From Candidatus Moraniibacteriota bacterium (GTDB lineage: Bacteria > Patescibacteriota > Minisyncoccia > Moranbacterales > GCA-2747515), in assembly GCA_023133275.1 (NCBI GenBank), contig JAGLWU010000027.1:1-57370 (forward strand): a DNA stretch of 57,370 nucleotides, written 5' to 3'. The position numbers and the translations under genes are program-made. The notes under the pieces were generated by a model. The model made no database searches. It was not told the origin of the DNA and saw only the letters and a program-made list of their open reading frames with translations. Position 1 is the first letter of the stretch; every line of letters begins with the position of its first letter. Shown here in pieces: positions 28,641-37,120 of the stretch.

Positions 28641-28700
28641 AAAAAGCCCGTGCGGCGAGCCTGTCTGTTGTCTCGTCGACAGACACGGCAGACAGACACA
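28641..28700 (+). repeat. 21-nt motif copy followed by a GACAGAC-rich quasi-palindromic tract
   Basis: AAAAAGCCCGTGCGGCGAGC, then CTGTCTGTTGTCTCGTCGACAGACACGGCAGACAGACAC. Confidence 0.75.
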
Positions 28701-28767
28701 AAAATTCTTTTATGAATATTTTAATTTTGTGTTAGAATATAAATATAATTTTATAATAAAATAATTA

Positions 28768-29358
28768 ATGGATGGACAAGTGATAATTCAGTTTTTGACT
28801 GATTATGGGTATTGGATAATTTTGCCTTTGATGATTATTGAGGGTCCGATTGTTACTATTTTAGCGGCTTTTATGGCAAGTTTGGGGATTTTTGATATTA
28901 CTACAGTTTTACTACTTTCTATTGTTGGTGATGTTGTTGGTGATATTATGCTTTATGGTGTGGGTCGTATTTGGGGGATGACTTTTGTTAGGCGAGTTGG
29001 AAAATATATGGGGATTACGGAAAGTTTAGTTTTGAAAATGGAAAAGTTTTTTGAAAAGCATGGTGGGAAGACGATTTTTTCGGTTAAATCTACGACTGGT
29101 TTGTGTTGGGCGACTTGGGTAGCGGCTGGGATTGTGAAGATGAAATTTTGGCGATTTGTTTGGTATTCTTTTTTGGGTGGTGTTGTTTGGAGTGCTTTTT
29201 TAGTGGCGATGGGTTATTTTTTTGGTGAGTTTTATGAGCGGATTGTTGAGGGTATTAAGTTTGCGGGTTGGATTGTTTTTGGGATTGGTGTTTTGGTGAT
29301 TGTGGGGATGAATGTTTATAAGAAAGGAAAGAGTGAGGATTTGTTTGAAGAGAAATAA
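28768..29358 (+). CDS. DedA/VTT-domain family membrane protein
   Basis: DYGYWIILPLMIIEGPIVTILAAF… matches the DedA (E/G)xP amphipathic re-entrant motif. Four to five TM segments. Confidence 0.7.
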   Translation: MDGQVIIQFLTDYGYWIILPLMIIEGPIVTILAAFMASLGIFDITTVLLLSIVGDVVGDIMLYGVGRIWGMTFVRRVGKYMGITESLVLKMEKFFEKHGGKTIFSVKSTTGLCWATWVAAGIVKMKFWRFVWYSFLGGVVWSAFLVAMGYFFGEFYERIVEGIKFAGWIVFGIGVLVIVGMNVYKKGKSEDLFEEK

Positions 29359-29386
29359 TTAGTTTAAATAATTTTTAATTAAATAT

Positions 29387-30118
29387 ATGAAAATAAGTAA
29401 AAATAGAATTGTTATTGTAATTTTAACTGTAATTTTGTTAGTTTTTATAATTTATATTTTAATTCCTGTTAGTGAAGATAAAAATTTAGAGTCAGAACAT
29501 GTAAATAAAAAATCTTTTAATTTAGAAAATTTAAGTGAAGAAGATGAAAAGTTTCTCAGAGAATCTTTAGGTAATCCTAAAAATATTGAGGATAGATTAG
29601 ATCCAGTTTGTAAAAGACATGAAATGTGTAAACCGATTTCCATGGCTAGTTTTAAAGGTAATATCAAAATGGTTAATTTATTATTAGATGTTGGTGTAGA
29701 TATTGATGGAAAAACAGGCGAAAGTGGTGATACTCCTCTCATATTTGCTATCATGCAAGAAAATAGAGAATTGGTGGAACTTCTTATTTCAAGAGGTGCG
29801 AATGTAAACGAAAAAAACTTTTTTAACATGTCTGCTTTTGGTGGTGTGTGTGGTATGGGGAATGAAGAATATGTTAGACTTTTTTTAGAGAATGGTGCTG
29901 ATGTCAATCAAATTCTTTCTCGAAAATTTAGTGAAGATGATGAGCCTTCGCAAGATGTTACTCCTCTAATTTTTGCTACAAGAGAAAATAATTTAAATGT
30001 TGTTAAATTACTTATTGAGGCTGGAGCTGATAAATCGTTGAAAGATTCAAATGATAAGACTGCTTTAGATTATGCAGAAAAACAAAATAATAGTGAGCTA
30101 ATGGAAATTTTGAAATAA
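29387..30118 (+). CDS. Membrane-anchored ankyrin-repeat protein
   Basis: N-terminal TM helix, then at least four ANK repeats (GDTPLIFAIMQENRELVELLISRGANVNEKN…). Confidence 0.7.
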   Translation: MKISKNRIVIVILTVILLVFIIYILIPVSEDKNLESEHVNKKSFNLENLSEEDEKFLRESLGNPKNIEDRLDPVCKRHEMCKPISMASFKGNIKMVNLLLDVGVDIDGKTGESGDTPLIFAIMQENRELVELLISRGANVNEKNFFNMSAFGGVCGMGNEEYVRLFLENGADVNQILSRKFSEDDEPSQDVTPLIFATRENNLNVVKLLIEAGADKSLKDSNDKTALDYAEKQNNSELMEILK

Positions 30119-30125
30119 GAATTTT

Positions 30126-30842
30126 ATGCAAACAAGTATAATCATCAGGACAAAAAATGAAGAAAAATATCTTGGGCAGGTTTTAGAAAAACTTAAAAAC
30201 CAAACTTATCAAGATTTCGAAATAATTATCGTTGATTCAGGTTCAACCGATCAAACTTTAAAAATTGCAGAAAAATATCTAGTTAAAATTTTTCACATAA
30301 AACCAGAAGAATTCAATTATCCTTTTGCATCTAATTTTGGAGCGAGAAAGTCGGAGGCAAGTAAATATTTAGTTTATTTATCTGCACATTCTTTACCAAT
30401 TTCAAACACTTGGCTGGAAAATGGAATTTCAGATTTTACTTCAGAAAAAGTTTGTGGAGTTTATGGAAATGTTTGGGCGTTACCTGATGCGAGCATTTGG
30501 GAGAAAATTATTTTCAATAAATGGATCGGAAAGTTAGAGATTTTATTGAAAAAGAAATATGTTATTAATGAATCTAGAATGGGAGTTTTGGGTTGTACTA
30601 ATGCGATTATTAGAAAAGATTTATGGAAAAGAAATAATTTTGATAAAAGTTATGGTTTAGGTGGAGAAGATGGCGTTTGGGCAAATTATTGGCTGGAAAA
30701 AGGTTATGAAATCATTAGGGATTCTAAATTTTCAGTTTATCATTCGCATGGATTAGGATTTTTTGAACTTATTGAACAATCCAAATATTGGAAAACTTTA
30801 GGAAAACCGCAACCTTTTGAATTTCCTGAATTTAGAAAGTGA
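30126..30842 (+). CDS. Family 2 glycosyltransferase (GT-A fold)
   Basis: TSIIIRTKNEEKYLGQVLEKLKNQTYQDFEIIIVDSGSTDQT, the canonical GT2 N-terminus with a D-x-D-like motif. Confidence 0.7.
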   Translation: MQTSIIIRTKNEEKYLGQVLEKLKNQTYQDFEIIIVDSGSTDQTLKIAEKYLVKIFHIKPEEFNYPFASNFGARKSEASKYLVYLSAHSLPISNTWLENGISDFTSEKVCGVYGNVWALPDASIWEKIIFNKWIGKLEILLKKKYVINESRMGVLGCTNAIIRKDLWKRNNFDKSYGLGGEDGVWANYWLEKGYEIIRDSKFSVYHSHGLGFFELIEQSKYWKTLGKPQPFEFPEFRK

Positions 30843-30850
30843 TTTGAAGT

Positions 30851-31023
30851 TCTATGATTCTCTGTGGGGGGATTCTTCACTGCGTAATTTTGTTTCACAA
30901 AATTACTTCGTTCAGAATGACAGTAAACTTTGAATGACAGAAAATTCAGAATGATAATAAACTTTTAGAATTTTAAACAAGAGGTCATGACCCCTTGTTC
31001 AGAAAAGCCCGTGCGGCGAGCAC
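30851..31023 (+). repeat. Composite intergenic repeat element, copy L2
   Basis: Core at 30867-30922, in which the hairpin reads GTAATTTTG-TTTCA-CAAAATTAC. ATGACAG sub-repeats. Palindrome AACAAGAGGTCATGACCCCTTGTT (30976-30999). Motif GAAAAGCCCGTGCGGCGAGCAC (31002-31023). Confidence 0.75.
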
Positions 31024-31083
31024 AGAAAAATTCTAAAAATTTGTTTGACGGAAAGGTTAAATTAGTGTAATCTGATTAATAGT

Positions 31084-31434
31084 ATGGAAGACTGTATATT
31101 TTGCAAAATTATAGAAAAAGAAGTGTCAGCTAAAATTTATCGAGAAACTGATAATATTTTAGCTTTTGAAGATGCGTTTAAAATTGCACCAGTGCATGTT
31201 TTGATTATTCCTAAAAAACATATTGAGTCAATGAATGACATTCAGGATAATCAGTCGGAAATAATTTCAGAAATGTTTTTGATTGCTCGGGATTTGGCGA
31301 AAGAATTGAAAATTGATGAGTCTGGTTACAAACTTTTGATTCGAACAGGTTTGCACGGTGGTCAAGAAGTGCCACATGTTCATTTGCATTTGATTGGTGG
31401 AGTTCCGTTGTCTGAGGATATTCGACCGATTTAA
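31084..31434 (+). CDS. HIT-family (histidine triad) nucleotide hydrolase
   Basis: N-terminal CIFCKII and C-terminal histidine triad HVHLHLIGG. Confidence 0.8.
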   Translation: MEDCIFCKIIEKEVSAKIYRETDNILAFEDAFKIAPVHVLIIPKKHIESMNDIQDNQSEIISEMFLIARDLAKELKIDESGYKLLIRTGLHGGQEVPHVHLHLIGGVPLSEDIRPI

Positions 31435-31626
31435 TTTTTCGATGAATTATTTTTTTAGTAGAAAGTAAATATACTTGTTTTCCTACGATTAAAATATATT
31501 TTTCGGAATGATATGATTTGGGGGTTTATAATTTAATAGGGAATTAGAATATTTAATTTTTTTAGGTATTTAATATTCCACGTTAAGTGGTTAATTTATA
31601 GATTTTTTTAGAAAGGAGGCGGTATT

Positions 31627-31890
31627 ATGGTTTATGTTTATAAGAAAAATGAAAAAGAAACAACTGATGGTTTGATCAAGCGTTTTACTCGTAAGGTACA
31701 GCAAAGCGGTGTCTTGATGCACGTTCGTAGAAATCGTTTTGATAATGGTACGCAAAGTAAAATTAAGAGACGTGAAGAAGCTTTGTATAAAAAGAACATG
31801 AAAAAGGAAGTTGATAAACTTAAAAAATTGGGTCGTTTCGATAACGATGCTTTCAAGGAACTTAAGAAAAAACTTAAAAAAGAGAAGTAA
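31627..31890 (+). CDS. rpsU: 30S ribosomal protein S21
   Basis: AGGAGG RBS. LIKRFTRKVQQSGVLMHVRRNRFDNGTQSKIKRRE matches the S21 pattern (RRFKR…GVL.E.RRR.F…P…RK). Confidence 0.8.
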   Translation: MVYVYKKNEKETTDGLIKRFTRKVQQSGVLMHVRRNRFDNGTQSKIKRREEALYKKNMKKEVDKLKKLGRFDNDAFKELKKKLKKEK

Positions 31891-31896
31891 AAATGG

Positions 31897-31930
31897 ATGC
31901 GTGATTTTTTTCACGCATTTATTTTTTATA
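31897..31930 (+). terminator. Rho-independent terminator after rpsU
   Basis: Perfect stem ATGCGTGA-TTTTTT-TCACGCAT followed by TTATTTTTT. Confidence 0.65.
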
Positions 31931-31941
31931 ATATTAAATTT

Positions 31942-32394
31942 ATGAAAATTAGCGAAAAAATTAAAAAGGATCTTATACAGGCGATGAAAACTGGTGAGGC
32001 GGAAAAGCGTGATACTTTGCGGATGTTGGACAGTATGATTAAGAATGAAGAAATTGCGAATAATTCTCGTGAGGAGGGTTTGAGCGATGATGATGTTTTG
32101 GTTTTGGTTAAGCGAGCGGTTAAACAGAGGCGGGATAGTATTGAGCAATTTCAGGCTGGTGGTCGAAAGGATTTGGCGGACAAGGAAAAAATGGAGCTGG
32201 ATATTATTAGTGAGTATTTACCAATGCAAATAAGTGATGAGGAATTGGAGAAGATTGTTAAGGAAATTATTGTGGAGGTTGGGGCTGAGTCTAAGGCGGA
32301 TATGGGGAAGGTGATGGGTTTGGTGATTGGTAAGGCTGGTTCGTTGGCTGATGGTGGTAGGGTTAAGGATATGGTGATGAAGAATTTGGGGTAA
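31942..32394 (+). CDS. GatB/YqeY-domain protein
   Basis: MKISEKIKKDLIQAMKTGEAEKRDTLRMLDSMIKNEEI… matches the YqeY family. The longer ORF from 31897 would overlap the rpsU terminator hairpin, so the ATG at 31942 is preferred. Confidence 0.7.
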   Translation: MKISEKIKKDLIQAMKTGEAEKRDTLRMLDSMIKNEEIANNSREEGLSDDDVLVLVKRAVKQRRDSIEQFQAGGRKDLADKEKMELDIISEYLPMQISDEELEKIVKEIIVEVGAESKADMGKVMGLVIGKAGSLADGGRVKDMVMKNLG

Positions 32395-32412
32395 GATTAA
32401 CACTTTAAATTT

Positions 32413-33312
32413 ATGGCAATATTTTCAATAAAAAATAATTTAGCAAAACAGTTAAAGAAAAAAAACTTTCAAAATGAAAAAGAACTTCAAAGTTTTGTCG
32501 AACAAAATATGGAAAATCTTTTTGGAATTAGATTTCTTGCTTCTGAATTTACAACTTCAAAACAACATGGCGGTAGAATCGATTCTTTAGGATTGGATGA
32601 AAATAATTCTCCTGTAATCATTGAATATAAATGGGGCGAAAAAGATAATATTATTAATCAAGGTCTTTTTTATCTTGATTGGCTTGTAGATCACACAGGT
32701 GATTTTCAGCTTTTAGTACAAGATAAACTTGGTGAAAACATTGAGGTTGATTTTGGTTCTCCTCGTGTTTTATTAATTGCTCAAACTTTTAATAAATATG
32801 ATCAATATGCTATTAATAGAATGGCGGAAAATATTGAACTTTGGGGATATTCTCAATATGAAAATGATATTTTTGAATTAAAATTAATTGCTAGCTCGCA
32901 AGCTAAAAAAATTAATAATTCTACAAAACAAATTTCAAAGGTAAAGTATAAGGAATATTCTATTGAAGATCATTTGAAAAATAAAAGCGATAATGTGAAA
33001 GGATTATTTGCAACCCTTCAAGAAAGAATTTTTGCCTTCGAGTCGGAGCAAAAAATTGAAGAGAATTTACGAAAACATTGTATTGTTTATAGAACAAATA
33101 GGAATTTTGTATCTCTGCAACCACAAAATAAATTAGTTAAAATTTTGATTGATGTTAATAAAAAAGAGTTAAATGATCCAAATGATATGATTCGTGATGT
33201 TTTAAGTATTGGAAGATTTGGTACTGGGATTTCTGAAATAAACTTGAAAAGTTTTGATGAGTTAGATTATGTTGTGGGATTAATTGAACAAAGTTATCTA
33301 CAATCTTTTTAA
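32413..33312 (+). CDS. PD-(D/E)xK nuclease-fold protein of unknown function
   Basis: N-terminal block ELQSFVEQNMENLFGIRFLASEF…GRIDSLGLDENNSPVIIEYKWGE gives a D…(D/E)…E-x-K restriction-endonuclease-like signature. The C-terminal ~180 aa have no recognisable motif. Confidence 0.5.
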   Translation: MAIFSIKNNLAKQLKKKNFQNEKELQSFVEQNMENLFGIRFLASEFTTSKQHGGRIDSLGLDENNSPVIIEYKWGEKDNIINQGLFYLDWLVDHTGDFQLLVQDKLGENIEVDFGSPRVLLIAQTFNKYDQYAINRMAENIELWGYSQYENDIFELKLIASSQAKKINNSTKQISKVKYKEYSIEDHLKNKSDNVKGLFATLQERIFAFESEQKIEENLRKHCIVYRTNRNFVSLQPQNKLVKILIDVNKKELNDPNDMIRDVLSIGRFGTGISEINLKSFDELDYVVGLIEQSYLQSF

Positions 33313-33323
33313 TAATAGCTTTC

Positions 33324-33785
33324 ATGAATCTAAAAATAGATCTAACATCTTTCATCAACCAACCCCACGAAAAAAACTATTTTCAAAAAATCGCCGAACA
33401 AACATTTCAAGAAGTCGGTGAAGAAAAATTCAAAAACAAGAATATCGAAATCAGTTTAGCAATTGTTGACGATGAAGAAATCAAAAAACAAAACAATTCA
33501 TTAAGAAACAAAAACACCACAACCGATGTCCTTTCAATTGGAGATTATAGCGACAACAAAAATATCTTCACAGAATTAAAAACAGAAGACAATATTTTTC
33601 TCGGCGAAATAATTCTCTGCTATGAATTTATCAAAAAATCTGCTAAAATAAGTGGGACGACAATTGAATATGAATTGTCTTATGTTTTTTCTCATGGAAT
33701 TTTACATTTACTAGGTTACAAACATGGAGAAGAAATGTTTTCAATTCAAGAAAAAGTCAGTCATAATAGATTATTAGACATTTAG
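33324..33785 (+). CDS. ybeY: Endoribonuclease YbeY (rRNA maturation factor)
   Basis: C-terminal metal-binding motif SHGILHLLGYKH (HGxLHLxGYDH). Confidence 0.85.
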   Translation: MNLKIDLTSFINQPHEKNYFQKIAEQTFQEVGEEKFKNKNIEISLAIVDDEEIKKQNNSLRNKNTTTDVLSIGDYSDNKNIFTELKTEDNIFLGEIILCYEFIKKSAKISGTTIEYELSYVFSHGILHLLGYKHGEEMFSIQEKVSHNRLLDI

Positions 33786-33811
33786 ATTTTTAGAGCGTAA
33801 ACTTTTAAAAT

Positions 33812-34180
33812 ATGAAAAAAAAGATTATTGGTTTACAAAATGTGGAACATGCGTGGCAGGGAATAAAACTTGCTTTTAAATATGAACGAAATTTTAAAAT
33901 AGAAGTTATTTGTGCCGTTGTCGTAATTTTGATACTATTTTTTTTGAAAGGCTCGATGCAAGATTTTTTAGTTATTTTAGCGGTAATATTTACGATTTTA
34001 ATAACAGAATTAATTAATACTTCCATAGAAAGATTAGTTGACATGATCCAACCGAATGAACATCCTCATGCAAAAATAGTTAAAGATATGTCAGCAGGAT
34101 TTGTTTTATTAGCAGTAATTTTTTCAGTTTTTATTGGGGTAGTTATTTTTTATCCGCTTATAGTTTCAAAATTTCTCTAA
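33812..34180 (+). CDS. dgkA: Diacylglycerol kinase / undecaprenol kinase (DgkA family)
   Basis: Three TM helices. ELINTSIERLVD…AKIVKDMSAGFV matches the DgkA E.lN.AIE..VD and KD.gSAAV motifs. Adjacent to ybeY as in Firmicutes. Confidence 0.7.
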   Translation: MKKKIIGLQNVEHAWQGIKLAFKYERNFKIEVICAVVVILILFFLKGSMQDFLVILAVIFTILITELINTSIERLVDMIQPNEHPHAKIVKDMSAGFVLLAVIFSVFIGVVIFYPLIVSKFL

Positions 34181-34207
34181 ATATTTTTTTATTAAATTAA
34201 GTATAAG

Positions 34208-34216
34208 TGTTATAAT
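34208..34216 (+). promoter_or_regulatory. Extended -10 element upstream of ftsA
   Basis: TG-t-TATAAT at 34208-34216. Confidence 0.35.
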
Positions 34217-34273
34217 GTAAACTGTAAGATTTTTTATTATAAATTTTTTTAGATTTTCAAATATTTTTAGTAT

Positions 34274-35536
34274 ATGAGAGATAATATTATTACTAGTATA
34301 GATTTAGGTTCTTCGCTTGTACGTTGTGTTATTGCTGATGCGTCTTCTGAAGTAGATGGTCAAATTAGGATTTTAGGTGTGGGAGCGGTTGAGTCTGATG
34401 GTATGCGTCGGGGAGCAGTTGTGGATATTGTGGATGCAGCTGAGGCTATTTCGGTAGCAGTGGAGAAAGCTGAAATGATGAGTAACGTGCAAGTTAAAAG
34501 TGCCATTGTTAGTATTGGTGGTGCAGGTCTAACTATTGAAAGCACAAAAGGTGTTGTGGCGATAGGAAGAGCTGACGGTGAAGTTACGGAAGATGATGTA
34601 ACTAGAGTCATTAACGCAGCACAATCTATTGTAGTTCCAGCAAATAAAGAAATTATTCATGTGATTCCTCGGTCTTTTCGTTTAGATGATCAGAAAGATA
34701 TTAACGATCCGATTGGTTTACAGGGTGTACGACTTGAGGTTGATGCAGTGGTTGTGGAAGCACCTGGAAATCATGTAAAAAATTTAACTCATGCTATGGA
34801 ACGGGCAGATATTACTGTTGAGGATTTTATTATTGAGCCGTTAGCAGCAGCTGAGTCAGTTCTAACAAAGAAACAAAAAGAATTAGGTGTGGTGTTAGTT
34901 AATTTAGGAGCTAGTACAACTTCATTGGCAGTTTTTGAAGAGGGTGAATTAGTTTATACAGCAATTGTTCCAATCGGTTCAGATTTTATTACAAATGATA
35001 TTGCGATTGGTTTGAGAACATCTATTGATACAGCAGAGAGAGTAAAGTTTGAATATGGAAGTGCTATTTTAGATCAAGCTAGTCAACGTAGTAAAATTGA
35101 TTTGTCTCAAATTGATCCACGTGAAGATGGTGAAATTCCACACAGTCATGTCATTGAAATTATTGAAGCTCGGTTGGAAGAGATATTTGAATTAGTGCAA
35201 AAAGAATTGAGAAGTATTGGCAAAGATCAATTATTACCAGCTGGAGCAATTTTAACAGGTGGTGGCGTTAATCTTCCTAGGGTAGCAGAATTTGCCAAAA
35301 GAAAATTGAGACTGCCTGTTCAAATTGGTCGACCAGAAAATCTTTTAGGAGTGATGGATAAAGTCGATGATTCTTCTTATGCTACAGTAGTTGGACTTAT
35401 TCTTTGGGCGATGGACGATATACATTATTCTGGTGGTAGAAATAAATTTACTTCAGGAATATTAGGAGCTGTTTCAGGAGGTGCTAAGAGTTCAGTAAAA
35501 AATGTCGGTTCTTGGCTGGGTAAATTTTTGCCTTAG
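34274..35536 (+). CDS. ftsA: Cell division protein FtsA
   Basis: Actin-fold N-terminus ITSIDLGSSLVRCVIAD, ATP-binding loops, and a C-terminal amphipathic tail. Immediately upstream of ftsZ. Confidence 0.85.
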   Translation: MRDNIITSIDLGSSLVRCVIADASSEVDGQIRILGVGAVESDGMRRGAVVDIVDAAEAISVAVEKAEMMSNVQVKSAIVSIGGAGLTIESTKGVVAIGRADGEVTEDDVTRVINAAQSIVVPANKEIIHVIPRSFRLDDQKDINDPIGLQGVRLEVDAVVVEAPGNHVKNLTHAMERADITVEDFIIEPLAAAESVLTKKQKELGVVLVNLGASTTSLAVFEEGELVYTAIVPIGSDFITNDIAIGLRTSIDTAERVKFEYGSAILDQASQRSKIDLSQIDPREDGEIPHSHVIEIIEARLEEIFELVQKELRSIGKDQLLPAGAILTGGGVNLPRVAEFAKRKLRLPVQIGRPENLLGVMDKVDDSSYATVVGLILWAMDDIHYSGGRNKFTSGILGAVSGGAKSSVKNVGSWLGKFLP

Positions 35537-35705
35537 TTTATTAATTCAATTTGACATTAAGGCTGGGCTCGTGTTAAAGTGAATTACTAGATAGATTGGT
35601 ATTTTTGAATTATTTTAATTAATATTTTGCTAAATATTCGCTATAATCAGGTATTTTTTTTATCACTTGATTTGATAGGGAATTTGGTAAATTTTTTATA
35701 AAATT

Positions 35706-37058
35706 ATGGGAGAAATTAAAACAGACGTAGAAACATTTGCTCGTATTAAAGTTGTTGGAGTTGGTGGCGGTGGTGGAAATGCAATCAGTCGAATGATTGA
35801 TGCTAATTTGAAAGGTGTTGAATTTGTAACGATTAATACGGATGCTCAAGCTCTGCATCATTCAAGAGCGGCTGAAAAGGTTCATATTGGTAAGAATTTA
35901 ACCAAAGGTCTTGGTGCTGGGATGAATCCGGAAGTTGGTCGTCAGGCAGCTGAAGAAAGTCGAGAAGAAATTCAAGGTGTACTTAAAGGTGCTGATATGG
36001 TTTTTGTTACTTGCGGTTTAGGTGGAGGAACAGGAACAGGTGCAGCTCCGATTGTGGCTGAAACTGCTCGTGAGTTAGGAGCTTTGACTGTGGGTGTAGT
36101 TACTCGTCCATTTTCATTCGAAGGTGCAAAAAGAAGTTCTATTGCTGCGGAGGGCTTAGAAGTGTTGAAAGAAAGAGTAGATACAATAATTACTATTCCA
36201 AATGATAGACTTTTATCCATTATTGACAGAAAGACCAGTTTAGTTAATGCTTTTAAAATTGTGGATGATGTTTTGAGGCAAGGTGTTCAGGGTATTTCTG
36301 ATTTGATTACTAAACCGGGTGTAGTTAATGTTGACTTTGCTGATGTAAAGGCAGTTATGTCAAATAGTGGTTCTGCTTTGATGGGAATTGGTATTGCAAG
36401 TGGAGAAGATAGAGCAGCTGAGGCAGCAAAAGCAGCGGCGAACAGTCCTCTTTTAGAACTTTCTATTGAGGGAGCAAAAGGTGTTTTGTTTAATGTTAGT
36501 GGAAGTAGCGATGTTACTATGCTTGAAATTAATGAAGCAGCTAATATTATTACAGAGACAATTGATCCAGAAGCTCGGGTTATTTTCGGTGCGGTGTTAG
36601 ACGATCAAATTGGTAAGGGTGAAATACAAATTACAGTAGTGGCGACAGGATTTGATAGTGATGAAAATGAAACTAAAGGAATAGTTACTAGAGTTGAAAA
36701 GAAAAAGGAAGATGTTACTGTAAAAGTAAATCAAAGTGAAAGTCCAAACATAAATGTAAATCAGGGTCAGATTCAAAATAAGAGTGCTGTTAAAAATGAA
36801 GAAAAATCAGTAAAAGTAATTCCTAAAAAAGCAGAAATTAGAAGAGAAGAAACTGAACGAAGAGTTGTGCGACCAGAACCTGAGATAAATCAATCACCTT
36901 TTTCTACTAAATCACTCAGATCTAATAACAATATGATTGTTGATGAAAAGGTGCAATCTCGTAATATACCTAGAAATGAAAAAGCAGAAAATATAGTCAA
37001 CGATGGCGATGATGATTTTGAAATCCCAGCTTTTATTAGGAAAAAAATGGATAGATAG
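35706..37058 (+). CDS. ftsZ: Cell division GTPase FtsZ
   Basis: Tubulin signature GGGTGTG ([12 protein letters not shown]) and N-terminal GVGGGGGNA. Long disordered C-terminal linker with a conserved C-terminal peptide ([11 protein letters not shown]). Confidence 0.95.
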   Translation: MGEIKTDVETFARIKVVGVGGGGGNAISRMIDANLKGVEFVTINTDAQALHHSRAAEKVHIGKNLTKGLGAGMNPEVGRQAAEESREEIQGVLKGADMVFVTCGLGGGTGTGAAPIVAETARELGALTVGVVTRPFSFEGAKRSSIAAEGLEVLKERVDTIITIPNDRLLSIIDRKTSLVNAFKIVDDVLRQGVQGISDLITKPGVVNVDFADVKAVMSNSGSALMGIGIASGEDRAAEAAKAAANSPLLELSIEGAKGVLFNVSGSSDVTMLEINEAANIITETIDPEARVIFGAVLDDQIGKGEIQITVVATGFDSDENETKGIVTRVEKKKEDVTVKVNQSESPNINVNQGQIQNKSAVKNEEKSVKVIPKKAEIRREETERRVVRPEPEINQSPFSTKSLRSNNNMIVDEKVQSRNIPRNEKAENIVNDGDDDFEIPAFIRKKMDR

Positions 37059-37120
37059 GTTTTGTGTAAATTTGTTTTCTTAATATTTAAAACTCTCTTG
37101 ATTTTTTTAGGGGAGTTTTT

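Noticed and set aside
35536-35706. GC-rich patch AAGGCTGGGCTCGTG in the ftsA-ftsZ gap as another repeat copy
   Set aside because: It does not match any of the repeat modules and is not palindromic. It is more likely part of the ftsZ promoter or leader.
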